Below are positions 50,239-60,283 of a stretch of DNA of 64,000 nt, piece by piece. A program made the translations under genes and the position numbers. Under the pieces are notes generated by a model. The model was not told the DNA's origin, did not search any database, and saw only the letters and a list, made by a program, of their open reading frames with translations. This DNA is from an uncultured Gammaproteobacteria bacterium (GTDB lineage: Bacteria; Pseudomonadota; Gammaproteobacteria; Eutrophobiales; Eutrophobiaceae). Each line of letters opens with the position of its first letter. The first letter of the stretch is position 1. The stretch spans positions 2,083,417-2,147,416 of the forward strand of contig OY282354.1 in NCBI GenBank assembly GCA_958295485.1, read 5' to 3'.

Positions 50239-52332
50239 CTATTTAAACTTCTGGAAGCCGCAGTCGTTCGCCAGAAAGTCGAGCAGCGTCCGGTAGTAAT
50301 CCAGGTAGTGCTGGTAACTCAAGGTGTCAACCGTATGCGCGGCATCCACCAGCTTTAGGTATTTGTAGGGCTTGCCCCGCTTGTTCAGTTCGTGCGCGAA
50401 GAGATCACTGTGCTTGATGGGAACGATCAGGTCGCGGTCTCCGTGTACGAGGAGCACGGGCACGTTGACGTTTTCCATATGCTTGATCGGCGACAGGCCG
50501 CCTCGCCACTTTTGTATGACGTCCCGGAAGCGGTAGTTCCATTCTTCCTTGGCGATCAATTCCATGCTGCTGACGCCGGCGCCCGCGATCGCGCAACGGT
50601 AAAGATTAGGCTCCCGCATGGCACCTACCATCGCGGAGTAACCGCCGTAACTCCAGCCGAAGATCGCCAGACGATCGGGGTCGGCGATACCTTGTTCAAT
50701 GAGGTAACGTATCCCGTCATCCACGTCGTCCTGCATCTTGTAGCCCCACTGCTTGTTCCCGGCCGTGTAGTACTCGAAGCCGAACCCGGTGGAGCCGCGA
50801 AAATTGGGTTGCAATACGGCGTAGCCGCGAGTCGCCAGCAACTGCGGCCACTCGTCCCAGAAAGTCGAATTCCAGAATAGCGAATCGCGCGATCGGGGGC
50901 CGCCGTGGGGATGGGCGACGGTAGGATAAGGCGGTTTACCGCTGGTAGGGAGCGTCAGCACCCCATTGAGCTTCATGCCGTCCCGGGCTTTGTACCACAG
51001 GAATTTACGTTCGCCGAGCTGATCGGGTTCAATGGCGGAAGTCCGTCCCACAAGTTGCAGGCGCTCGCGGTCCCGGAGCAGGTAGAAGCGACCCGGTTCT
51101 CGTGGTCCTATGGAGTGGACGATGATATACTTGTCATTTGCCGCCCGATCATGGATCCTGTTGAAATTGCCCGGAGGCAGGGCGGCGTCGATGGAATGTT
51201 GCAAGGCCGCGGCGGCCTCGTCAATATAATGAATTTTGGGGCCGTCAGCCACGTAATAAAAACCGACCAAGTAAGGATCCACCTCGCCGTCCACGCATTT
51301 TTGCGAGATGCACGCGGTCAGGATGTTGCGAGCGTCATAGCGATTGGTGGCGAAGAGCAATTCCGGCTCTGCGGCAGGGTGGTTCATGTCGAACAGGTAG
51401 ATGCCCTCCGTATCGCGATCCTTTGACCACCGGACATAAGCCTTGTTGTAGTCCGGTGGCTGAAAACCCAGGATTGCTACGTAACGATCTTCGTCAACGT
51501 CCCAGGTAAGCCAGTCAGTCCATTTACTCCAACCGTCACCGTCCCTGGTCCGGAACTGCAACGTAATAGTGTTGTCACTGCGGCTGATGCGCTCGCGAAC
51601 ACGCACGTTTCCATCCCCGTCATACCTGTACCCGCCGTAGTCCGCCGAGAATTTGAAGACTGGCTGGGACCGGCCGTTCTTTACGTTGACTTTGAACAAT
51701 TCAGTGCCACTCTCTTCAGAACCAAACCATTCTATCAACACCCAGTCATCTTCTTCGGGCAGGCGGCCGACCACCGCAGGGCTGGCAAGCCGCTGTGCAA
51801 AGGTTTCGCTTGCGAAGCGGGTGATATTCGACTTGCTCGGCAACTCGACCCAGCGACCGCCGTCGAGCCCCACGGACAGGAGTTTGTAGGCATAAGTCTT
51901 CACCTTCCCGGGTAAACCGATGCCTGCCGAATTGTAACCGACGCGCCGCCCCGGCACCTCCACTGGTTGGCGCGTGCTGATCAGCAGGCGCTCGTCATTG
52001 ACCCACATGATCCCATAGGAGCGGCTGGCGGTAGCTGTAGCAACGTCGATAATATCCATGTGTTCCGACCCCAGCGTATAGGGATCCTTGTCCATGTGTT
52101 CGGTTTCGTATACGTCCACTACATAGCGCTGCCCCCGGCCGAGCAACCGCATTACGGCCAGGCGCTTGCCGGAGGGAGAGAGATCCACGTCGCGTACGAT
52201 GGGCCGCATGGCAAAGGCCTCAAGGGAAGGAGGCTCAGCCGCTGCCACGGCCCCCGCGAGCATGACAACGAACGCAAGCCAGGCATTTCTCAATGCGCGG
52301 CAAACCTGGAACCATACCCAATCCATGATCAT
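50239..52332 (-). CDS. secreted S9-family serine peptidase (prolyl oligopeptidase / dipeptidyl-peptidase fold)
   Basis: C-terminal alpha/beta-hydrolase GWSYGGY nucleophile elbow with Asp/His downstream, and an N-terminal beta-propeller region. Start is set at MIMDWV, because the track's GTG extension is translated GC-rich repeat. Confidence 0.75.
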   Translation of the reverse strand: MIMDWVWFQVCRALRNAWLAFVVMLAGAVAAAEPPSLEAFAMRPIVRDVDLSPSGKRLAVMRLLGRGQRYVVDVYETEHMDKDPYTLGSEHMDIIDVATATASRSYGIMWVNDERLLISTRQPVEVPGRRVGYNSAGIGLPGKVKTYAYKLLSVGLDGGRWVELPSKSNITRFASETFAQRLASPAVVGRLPEEDDWVLIEWFGSEESGTELFKVNVKNGRSQPVFKFSADYGGYRYDGDGNVRVRERISRSDNTITLQFRTRDGDGWSKWTDWLTWDVDEDRYVAILGFQPPDYNKAYVRWSKDRDTEGIYLFDMNHPAAEPELLFATNRYDARNILTACISQKCVDGEVDPYLVGFYYVADGPKIHYIDEAAAALQHSIDAALPPGNFNRIHDRAANDKYIIVHSIGPREPGRFYLLRDRERLQLVGRTSAIEPDQLGERKFLWYKARDGMKLNGVLTLPTSGKPPYPTVAHPHGGPRSRDSLFWNSTFWDEWPQLLATRGYAVLQPNFRGSTGFGFEYYTAGNKQWGYKMQDDVDDGIRYLIEQGIADPDRLAIFGWSYGGYSAMVGAMREPNLYRCAIAGAGVSSMELIAKEEWNYRFRDVIQKWRGGLSPIKHMENVNVPVLLVHGDRDLIVPIKHSDLFAHELNKRGKPYKYLKLVDAAHTVDTLSYQHYLDYYRTLLDFLANDCGFQKFK

Positions 52333-52340
52333 CGAAGCAT

Positions 52341-52395
52341 CTCGCGGGGGCAACCCCCCGCGCCTGCCCCCAGCCACCCGGTCTGCCCTGATAAA
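52341..52395. repeat. GC-rich intergenic repeat, partial copy 3
   Basis: CTCGCGGGGGCAACCCCCCGCGCCTGCCCCCAGCC matches the 5' 30 bp of the copy at 44875. Confidence 0.5.
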
Positions 52396-52427
52396 ACGCC
52401 GGCGAAAGTTTTACAAGCGAACATGGT

Positions 52428-55400
52428 TCAGAAGAGCGACGCGAGGTTATAACTCAACGAGGCGAAAAACCGGCGGTCGAGCAGGTCGTAACCAGCGCCC
52501 AAGGGGACATTGTAGTTGACATTCGTACCGGCGGACGGGCTGGAAGCCCCCCATCCAACTATAGGTGGCTCCTCGTCGAAGACGTTGCGGACGCCGACGA
52601 TTACCTCGAAGCGCCTGTTGGAGTCCCGGTACCTGAACGACACGGTGTGAAAGAATTTGTCGCCGGCAGAGGTCACGTTGGTGACAGTCCCGTCATTGAA
52701 AAGATCATAGATGGGTTCCTCATCGGTCTTTCCGATATAGTCCGTAGTCCATGCAAAGGTAAAATCACGCCAGTCGAAGCGGGCAGCCAGCTCGCCGCGC
52801 CAGCTCGCATAGGCGTGCCGGCCGGCGTAATTGGTCGGTTTGCCGTCGCCCAAGCCGAATTCATAGGCAAGCAAACGCGCTGCCAGTATATCTACACTGA
52901 GGTCACCGAAAGAGAATTCGCGATCAGTTCGCACGGTAATATCATAGCCCGTCGATCGCTCGACTGCGACGTTGATGTATGAAGAATTCACCCCTTCGAG
53001 TTGGCCGTCACTGGACCTGCGCGCTCCCACCAGGGTGCATTCCTGGGCTGAAAAGTTGGAGGAGCTATAGCACCTGGACAGAATTTCGCGCGCCGAAAGC
53101 CTCGATATCGAATTATCGAGATCGATATCGTAGTAGTCAAAGGCCAGGCTTAAATCAACGCCCAGGGACGGAAACAGGCCGACAAGATCAGGTGTCACTA
53201 CGAATCCCAGGGTCCAGGATTCCGAAGTCTCCGCCTTCAAGTCGGGGTTGCCGCCGCTGATCACCAGGATGCCCGAATTCGCGGTGTAATCCGGGGGAAT
53301 AACGCCTTGCATTTCGAGGGTTTCACAATTTTTGAAAAGGTTGCTGCCGGGGTCCACATCACTGGACGAGTCCCTGAAGTTGTCACAGGGATCGTCCCTC
53401 GAGGTGACAAAGCTTGTTTGATTGGCCAGGTTCAGTTCGTACAGGGCGGGGGCGCGAAAAGAGGTGCCCACCGTCGAACGAACGCGAAACACCGGGTTCA
53501 CGGCATAGTTGAAAAGCAGCCGCCAAGTCGAATCACTGCCGTAGGAGCTGTAGTCGGTGTAGCGGTACGAGCCGTTCACCGTAAGTTCCTCGGCCACGCT
53601 GACGTCACCCACCTTGAACCCCGAAAGCAATGGAATTTCCACCTCCCCATAACCTTCGATCACATAATCGCCGCCCTTGGTGCGCCCGGCCGCCGTGAAG
53701 CCCCACTGGTTATCTTCCACCGAGGGAATGGGGGGACGATCATCCAGGTTGCGGCTGCGCCAATCCATGCCCGCCACGCCGCGCACCTCACCAGCCGGCA
53801 CGTCGAACAGGCGCCCCTCTACATCGAAAGCCACGGTCCAAAGATCGTAGTCGGTCTCGAGTTTTACCCGTTCACTGAGGTAATCCGCGGCTTCCTGCGG
53901 GATGATCCCGCGCTGGGCATCTTCGCTAAAGAGATCCAGGGGAACGCAATTCGGATCGGGTCCTTCCGCAAGGATGCGGTCAACAACGGCATCCTCGAAA
54001 TCGGCGGCGAAGAAAAGCTGACTCCGATCAAGAACGCATTGAAGACTTCCGTCCGGGCCGAGCGCGGCAGAAAGCGCGCGCGCCACCTTGTCTTTCAGCC
54101 AGGTATCATAAGTAAATTCACCGCGACTCCAGGAATAGCTGGCGTCAAAGTTCCACGAGAATCCACCAAGATCGCCATCCAGCCCCAAGCGGATAGAGGC
54201 GACGTCGTTCTTTACCTCATTAACCGGGTCAAGCATGTCATAGCTCATGATTACCGGCCGGGCAATTCCCCCGAAGGGCCTGAATGGATTGGTTGGGTTG
54301 CCCGGGTGGACGAAGGGGAAGAATTGACGATGCCCGCGATTATAAGAGTCCTCGCGGTGGGAGTAGTAGAACTCATAGCTGCCGCTGACCGTGCCGAGCA
54401 AGTTACCCAGGTCGAAATCCAACTGGCCGTCACTATAGACCTGGATGAGTTGGCGCTCCGGTATCAAGTGCTCTTCACTCCAGTTACGATCGTCCCGGAG
54501 GCCCGTTTCAGCCACGCGACGGCCATCCGGGCCAACCGGATTAGCGGCCCGCCAGGGAAGACCGGTCCCGAAAAAATTTGCTTCGGGATCCCGGATTGCT
54601 GAGAATCGGGAGCCTAAACCATATATATCCGTGAAAGCGTTTGTCGCGCCAAAACAACGGCCGTCGCGGGTGGGAGCGAAAGCCGCGGGGTGTACGCCGC
54701 CATTCGTCAGCGGACGCTCATCACAAAAGCTGTAATCTTGCTCGTCCCGTCCCACCGGACCGAATTCTGAAAATTCAACTGCCACGTCGAAGTAACCGCG
54801 ATCCCATGTCTTTCCGTAAAGCGCGCTCGCGGAACCTGCATCGAGCTCATCCTGATAAAAACCTTCAAGGACGAAAGCGTCAAAACGCTTCTTGGTGATG
54901 ATATTCACCACCCCTGCCACGGCATCGGCGCCGTAGATGGATGAGGCCCCGTCCTTCAGTATCTCGATGCGTTCTATCGCGACAGTCGGGATAGAGTTAA
55001 GGTCGACACTGGCGACTTGGCCGCGGGTTCCCGCCGGCGTGAAGCGCCGACCGTTCACCAGGACCAGGGTGCGGTCGGGGTCAAGGCTGCGCAGGCCGAA
55101 GGTGTTGACGCCAGGGCCGCCAGACACCACGAGACCACCGAAACTGTTGTCAACCTGGGCGCCCGAAGCCAAGGCGCTCGATTGCAGCATCTCGGAGGCA
55201 TTGGCAAGCCCGGCCAGCATGGAGCGCTCTTCGGTAATGACCGTCACCGGCAAAGCCGCAGTAAATGCATCGCGTCGTATGCGGGAACCTGTTACGATGA
55301 TTTCCTCAGTTGCTTCAGGGAGCGTGATCTCCGTGGCAGGCCCTGCGGCCTCGGATTCCGGGGCCTGTTCCGGGCCAGTCGCCTCGACGGCAGGCGGCGA

Positions 55401-55493
55401 ATCCACCTCCTGCGCCGCTACCCCCCCAAGAAACCAAAGCAGGCCAAGGCTGAACAGCGCAAATACGGACAGCAACCGCTGTAAAGTAACCAT
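52428..55493 (-). CDS. TonB-dependent receptor (large, about 1021 aa)
   Basis: Signal peptide, an N-terminal extension, plug motifs IIVTGSRIRRD and IEILKDGASSIYGADAVAGVVNIITK, a long barrel, and a terminal aromatic (F). Confidence 0.85.
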   Translation of the reverse strand: MVTLQRLLSVFALFSLGLLWFLGGVAAQEVDSPPAVEATGPEQAPESEAAGPATEITLPEATEEIIVTGSRIRRDAFTAALPVTVITEERSMLAGLANASEMLQSSALASGAQVDNSFGGLVVSGGPGVNTFGLRSLDPDRTLVLVNGRRFTPAGTRGQVASVDLNSIPTVAIERIEILKDGASSIYGADAVAGVVNIITKKRFDAFVLEGFYQDELDAGSASALYGKTWDRGYFDVAVEFSEFGPVGRDEQDYSFCDERPLTNGGVHPAAFAPTRDGRCFGATNAFTDIYGLGSRFSAIRDPEANFFGTGLPWRAANPVGPDGRRVAETGLRDDRNWSEEHLIPERQLIQVYSDGQLDFDLGNLLGTVSGSYEFYYSHREDSYNRGHRQFFPFVHPGNPTNPFRPFGGIARPVIMSYDMLDPVNEVKNDVASIRLGLDGDLGGFSWNFDASYSWSRGEFTYDTWLKDKVARALSAALGPDGSLQCVLDRSQLFFAADFEDAVVDRILAEGPDPNCVPLDLFSEDAQRGIIPQEAADYLSERVKLETDYDLWTVAFDVEGRLFDVPAGEVRGVAGMDWRSRNLDDRPPIPSVEDNQWGFTAAGRTKGGDYVIEGYGEVEIPLLSGFKVGDVSVAEELTVNGSYRYTDYSSYGSDSTWRLLFNYAVNPVFRVRSTVGTSFRAPALYELNLANQTSFVTSRDDPCDNFRDSSSDVDPGSNLFKNCETLEMQGVIPPDYTANSGILVISGGNPDLKAETSESWTLGFVVTPDLVGLFPSLGVDLSLAFDYYDIDLDNSISRLSAREILSRCYSSSNFSAQECTLVGARRSSDGQLEGVNSSYINVAVERSTGYDITVRTDREFSFGDLSVDILAARLLAYEFGLGDGKPTNYAGRHAYASWRGELAARFDWRDFTFAWTTDYIGKTDEEPIYDLFNDGTVTNVTSAGDKFFHTVSFRYRDSNRRFEVIVGVRNVFDEEPPIVGWGASSPSAGTNVNYNVPLGAGYDLLDRRFFASLSYNLASLF

Positions 55494-55558
55494 GGAACTT
55501 TCCCCCTCGAGGAAATTTGTCTATAATTATAGTAATTTACTAATGGGGAAAGTTCCAT
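55492..55558 (-). promoter_or_regulatory. 5'-leader stem-loop predicted to sequester the Shine-Dalgarno sequence and AUG of the TonB-dependent receptor gene
   Basis: A perfect 14-nt inverted repeat, ATGGAACTTTCCCC (55492-55505) against GGGGAAAGTTCCAT (55545-55558), separated by a 39-nt AT-rich loop. On the minus-strand mRNA the 3' arm is GGGGAAAGUUCC-AUG, that is, the ribosome-binding site plus start codon. Confidence 0.45.
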
Positions 55559-55689
55559 ATGAAATACCGAAGATTTTCCTGGTCGCGTTGCCAAGAGCAA
55601 ATAGATGAACAAGTGGTAACGCCCCATGCCATCAGGCGACTCGGCCTGGATATAATATCCGCAAACGAATAAACGATCAGGATTCTATT

Positions 55690-56304
55690 ATGAATAAGCC
55701 GGTAAATATTACCGTATTCCGCTGGGCTGGTTCCTGGGGGCCTTTCAAAGTCAAGATTCCCTGCGGGGAGTGTTCGCTGACCAAGGATATTATCCAGGAT
55801 TGCATCGATACGGACTTGACCGGCATAGAGGTAAAGCTCGACCTGCGTGACTGGCTGAGCGAATGGTGGAAGCCGCTGCCTAAAGGGGGCTGGCATGCCC
55901 CGATTGTGTTGGTGAACGGCAGGCTGATCTCCCAGGGGGCGGCGCTGAACCGGGGGGTGCTGACCCAGGCCACCATCAAGGAGGCGATTATCGATACCCC
56001 GATGCAAGGCAACCATATCTTCGGCAAGGCCACCTGCCCTCACTGCATTCGCTCCAAGGAGTACCTGGAACAGGCAGGGGTTGAGTATCAGTATCACGAC
56101 GTTGTGAAAGACCCCAGGTCACTTTACGAAATGCTTGCAAGAGTCAAACCGATTATCGGTCCCAAAACCCCGGTTACCGTGCCCCAGATATGGATCGGCG
56201 ACCGGTACGTAGGCGGCGCCGACGAATTGAAACAAATCCTCGAGTTGCCCGAAGTCCAGCCAAACCCGGACCGCGGCCAGTGCTCCCTGTCTCCCACCCG
56301 CTGA
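55690..56304 (+). CDS. two-domain thioredoxin-fold protein (N-terminal CGEC domain + C-terminal CPHC glutaredoxin domain)
   Basis: The second domain, ATCPHCIRSKEYL...TVPQIWIGDRYVGG, is canonical glutaredoxin. The first has CGEC in a thioredoxin-like context. Confidence 0.6.
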   Translation: MNKPVNITVFRWAGSWGPFKVKIPCGECSLTKDIIQDCIDTDLTGIEVKLDLRDWLSEWWKPLPKGGWHAPIVLVNGRLISQGAALNRGVLTQATIKEAIIDTPMQGNHIFGKATCPHCIRSKEYLEQAGVEYQYHDVVKDPRSLYEMLARVKPIIGPKTPVTVPQIWIGDRYVGGADELKQILELPEVQPNPDRGQCSLSPTR

Positions 56305-56452
56305 AAATATCGCATCCCCAGCTTCCTCCTAATCTCGTCGAAAGCAGGTTTGGGGGCTGTTTTGGAATAACTAACGCCAGGAATGAGCACGGGACAGGCC
56401 AGGGATAGCCCATGGTTCGTGGTACAAGATTGGGGAGAGGGTCACCGCCACT

Positions 56453-57808
56453 CTAAACAATACTCAATATCAAAATACACAGGGCTGATAGCGCTGCCGC
56501 AATGACCGCATAGGGCAACTGCGTCAAAGCATGCTGAATAGGCGGGCAACCGCTTCCCTTAGCGGACAGTATCGTCGAATCACTATAGAAACAGGCGTGG
56601 CTACCGAAAGCGCCTGCTGAAATCACTGAGCCTATCATTAAGTTGATATCAACACTCATCGCTTGACCTAGAGGTATAATGATAGGTAACGCCACCGCGT
56701 ACAGCCCCCAAAAGGTTCCAGTGCAGAAAGCTATAGTCGAAAGACAGAGAAAAGTCATAACCGGGAGTATTACAGGGTTCACAAAGGATGTCGCCAGCTC
56801 AATGATGTACTGAGTTAGTTCCAGTTGGTCATTAACGTCTTTTAATACGAAGGACATGATCAAAATTATGATCACCTCGACCATGCTCTTAGCGCCATCG
56901 ATTGCGGTATTGAATACTTCGTGAAGATCGAAAACACCCTGAACTTTGAACATTACGACTGTCATTACCAATGTGACCGCAGCGCCTTTTAATATATCGA
57001 CGTCAAATAGCCAAGTGAAAAATATCAGAGCCACCATCGGTAATATAAAATTGATGGCCTTTTTGCCTTTGTCATTAGTTGGCTGGTCATCCCCGTTTTC
57101 TTCTTCTGCATAATCAGGAGGCAAATGCTGCCCGGCTTGAGCTCTTATCTCAGCTTCTTTCATAGCGCCAATAAGCGGTATCTTACCTGTTGAAAGTAAC
57201 GGTGGCATGATCAATGCTATCCATGCATAAATCATATAGGGTATTGCGCTGATATAAGCTTTTAAACCTTCACCTGTAGCGGCGACCCCATTACTTTCCA
57301 AAAGTCCTGATACATAAATAGCCCAAGTGGAGAATGGCAGCAAAATGCAAACGGGCGCAGCAGTCGTGTCGACAACATAAGAAAGCATTTCACGGGAAAT
57401 TTTAAATTTGTCGGTTACTTGTTTCATTGACGAACCGACTGCTAGCGCATTTAGATAGTCGTCAATGAAAATTGCTACCCCTAACCCCCAGGTTGTAAGT
57501 AATGCCTGGGAGCCTGATTTTACTAATCGAGATAGTGATTCGGCGAAAGCTTTAGCGCCACCGGATTTAACTAGTAGACCTATTATTGCGCCAAATAAAG
57601 CTACAACAAGTACGATCCATCTTACTGTCTCATCGCCCATGGATTTTAATACCGCATCCAAAAAGCTACTGGCAAAATTTTCGCCAGACAACATTGCAAA
57701 ACCAACCAAACAGCCAAATACCAAGGGTTCCAGGGCCCTCTTCATTATTATCGCAGATGTGATAACAACAATAGTTGGAATTAGAGCTTCAATTCCTGAC
57801 TCAGCCAT
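56453..57808 (-). CDS. Na+/H+ antiporter, NhaC family
   Basis: 451 aa, about 11 TM helices and an acidic central loop. Family assignment is by overall topology and the conserved N-terminal region; confidence is moderate. Confidence 0.55.
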   Translation of the reverse strand: MAESGIEALIPTIVVITSAIIMKRALEPLVFGCLVGFAMLSGENFASSFLDAVLKSMGDETVRWIVLVVALFGAIIGLLVKSGGAKAFAESLSRLVKSGSQALLTTWGLGVAIFIDDYLNALAVGSSMKQVTDKFKISREMLSYVVDTTAAPVCILLPFSTWAIYVSGLLESNGVAATGEGLKAYISAIPYMIYAWIALIMPPLLSTGKIPLIGAMKEAEIRAQAGQHLPPDYAEEENGDDQPTNDKGKKAINFILPMVALIFFTWLFDVDILKGAAVTLVMTVVMFKVQGVFDLHEVFNTAIDGAKSMVEVIIILIMSFVLKDVNDQLELTQYIIELATSFVNPVILPVMTFLCLSTIAFCTGTFWGLYAVALPIIIPLGQAMSVDINLMIGSVISAGAFGSHACFYSDSTILSAKGSGCPPIQHALTQLPYAVIAAALSALCILILSIV

Positions 57809-57947
57809 ATAACGAAACCAATAATAAAATTGAAGATAAGTATTTTATGATGAAGTTGTAAGAGGTAGCCAGAGGTGGCCCCGTTTATCTGAAAATAGGT
57901 GTGAACTATGGCTTGCAGCCATAGTTCACACCATCAAGGGAGGAAAC

Positions 57948-60230
57948 TTAAAATTTAAAAGACACGTCTAAGCCAAACGTTTGCGGATAGCCAGGCGTTC
58001 TGATAATTGAACCTAATCCCTGGAGATCGTTAACGTACTGAAAATACTCTTTATCAGATAAGTTTTTAATCCACAGAGCAGCTGACCAATTTCCTTCTAG
58101 TGGCTCCAAGCCAACCCTGGCATTGAATAATGTGTACCCGCTTAGTCTAGAGACATCAGTATTTTGAGCTTCGCCAAAATGGTGGGACCGAGTTGTGAAG
58201 TCAAATTGAATTGATCCTGTGAATTGTTCAAAGATGCTGGATTCATATCGCATTAATCCATTTGCACTAAATTCAGGAGCATAAGGCAACTCACTACCAT
58301 CCAGGTCTTCTGATACTTGGAATGGAGAGGTATCGAGAGCGTCCTGTTCGGTATCAAGATAAGTGAATCCAAATTTAATATTAAGGTTGTCTGTTGGCAC
58401 CCACCACATTTCAGACTCAAATCCAAAGATATCTGCGTCAGCGCCATTTTCATTTGTAAGCAATAAATCGAGCGCTGGGTTTCCAGTAATGGTTAATGCC
58501 AAAATAATATCTTTGTAGTCATAGTAGAACAGCGATGAGTTCCACCGGACAGAACCCCCAAAAAGGTCGGTTTTTAAACCTATCTCATAAGCAGTCAGGG
58601 TCTCCTCATCATAAGGTTCTACTAAAATATCAGTAACAGTAATATCTCCAACAAACCCGCCGCTCTTGAATCCATTTGATACACTTGCATAAAGTAAAGT
58701 TGATTCATTGAGATCAAAATTTGCACCGAAGCGCCATGAGAACTCTTGAAAATCAACAGTATTATCCAAGAAGGCTGAATCAAAAATCGCAGGATCTGAC
58801 AAATTTACTGGAAGGGGCCCTGGAGATGGTATGAAATCTCCATTTGCAGTTGGTGCAGAACCTGGATCGACTGTAATTGTGCCACCTCTAAAGGAGCGTT
58901 CTTCATCTGTATATCGGATTCCCGCGATAATAGAGACGGTATCATTTATACGGAAATCGTTATGCCAGAATATTGCAAAGGAATCAGTTTCTAACTCGTA
59001 AGCATGGTTTTGCCTGAAGCCACCAAACAAATCTCCCAAGTCTGTTTCGGTACGTGGCGTTTCTAGCTCATCTGTTGAATAAAACAAACCAACAGTCCAG
59101 TTCCACGCACCTTCGCCACTGTTTGCAAAGCGCAATTCTTCTGTAACTTGTGTAAATTCGGTTTCATATCCAACATCAATATTCCTCTCAAATGAACCAT
59201 CGGCATCTTCCTGAGATAGCCGGTCGACAGTATTATAACCAGTGATTGATGTTATGGTGATCGATCCCAAATCCCAACTTAGAGCGAGAGAGCCGCCATA
59301 AGCCTCAATCTCATCTCTATTTATGACCCCGTTTTGTAAACTAAACGGCTCGTCATCATCTATCAGAGATTGGCCAAATCCATCGAATGAACAATTGGGA
59401 GATGGGCTTAGATTACCTGCTGCTATAGAAGGGCAAATTGAAAGTGTTCCATCATTGGTAAAGGTTGGAAAGCCTTGGTATTGATTACCGTCGGAATCGT
59501 CCTCACCACCAAAAATAGACAGATGAGCTGAAAAATCATCAGTGGGGGACCAGAGTAATTGGCCACGAAGTGCGAAACTATCTTTTTCTCCTATTTCTCC
59601 AATAGTTGGATGGTCATAAGGCCCGCCATCCTGCCTTGTGATTTTTCCTGAAAGACGACCTAAGAGATTATCGCTTATCGGACCGCTTATAAATGCGTCC
59701 GCGGAATATGATTCATAATTGGCCAGTCCAAAATCAATGCCCGCTTCAAACTCATCGGTTGGTTTGTTTGAAAAGAAATTGACTGCGCCTCCGGTAGAGT
59801 TACGACCATATAATGTCCCCTGTGGGCCTTTCAAAACCTCTACGCGATTAATATCAAAAAGAGCAAAGTTCAGTAGCGTTGAGTTGCCGTAATAAACGTC
59901 ATCCACGTGAATTGCAACAGGAGAGCTTTGAATCGCGGTAAAGTCATTCAAGCCAACCCCGCGTAAGGAAAAGTTTGGAATTGCATTCGTGGATGAATAA
60001 GAAACTACTAACCCTGGTGTTTGAAATTGCACATCAGCTGCAGTTTCAAAACCGAATGATTTTATTTCTTCGCTGCTGAGCGAGGTCACTGCGATTGGCA
60101 CCTCTTGTACACTTTGTGTGCGCTTTTGGGCTGAAACAACTATTTCTTCCAGAACTGCAGACTGTGAATTTGTGCTACATAAAATAGCTGCTGTAGCAAT
60201 AGATAGTGAGAGTTTGTTTTTAGTGAACAT
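57948..60230 (-). CDS. TonB-dependent receptor (AT-rich codon usage)
   Basis: Signal peptide, LEEIVVSAQKRTQSVQEVPIAVTSL, VEVLKGPQGTLYGRNSTGG, and a terminal ...DVSFKF. Confidence 0.9.
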   Translation of the reverse strand: MFTKNKLSLSIATAAILCSTNSQSAVLEEIVVSAQKRTQSVQEVPIAVTSLSSEEIKSFGFETAADVQFQTPGLVVSYSSTNAIPNFSLRGVGLNDFTAIQSSPVAIHVDDVYYGNSTLLNFALFDINRVEVLKGPQGTLYGRNSTGGAVNFFSNKPTDEFEAGIDFGLANYESYSADAFISGPISDNLLGRLSGKITRQDGGPYDHPTIGEIGEKDSFALRGQLLWSPTDDFSAHLSIFGGEDDSDGNQYQGFPTFTNDGTLSICPSIAAGNLSPSPNCSFDGFGQSLIDDDEPFSLQNGVINRDEIEAYGGSLALSWDLGSITITSITGYNTVDRLSQEDADGSFERNIDVGYETEFTQVTEELRFANSGEGAWNWTVGLFYSTDELETPRTETDLGDLFGGFRQNHAYELETDSFAIFWHNDFRINDTVSIIAGIRYTDEERSFRGGTITVDPGSAPTANGDFIPSPGPLPVNLSDPAIFDSAFLDNTVDFQEFSWRFGANFDLNESTLLYASVSNGFKSGGFVGDITVTDILVEPYDEETLTAYEIGLKTDLFGGSVRWNSSLFYYDYKDIILALTITGNPALDLLLTNENGADADIFGFESEMWWVPTDNLNIKFGFTYLDTEQDALDTSPFQVSEDLDGSELPYAPEFSANGLMRYESSIFEQFTGSIQFDFTTRSHHFGEAQNTDVSRLSGYTLFNARVGLEPLEGNWSAALWIKNLSDKEYFQYVNDLQGLGSIIRTPGYPQTFGLDVSFKF

Positions 60231-60283
60231 AATTTCCCTCCGGTTTAAGTATTATTTTGGCTAAAAATCAAGTGATAAAAGAC

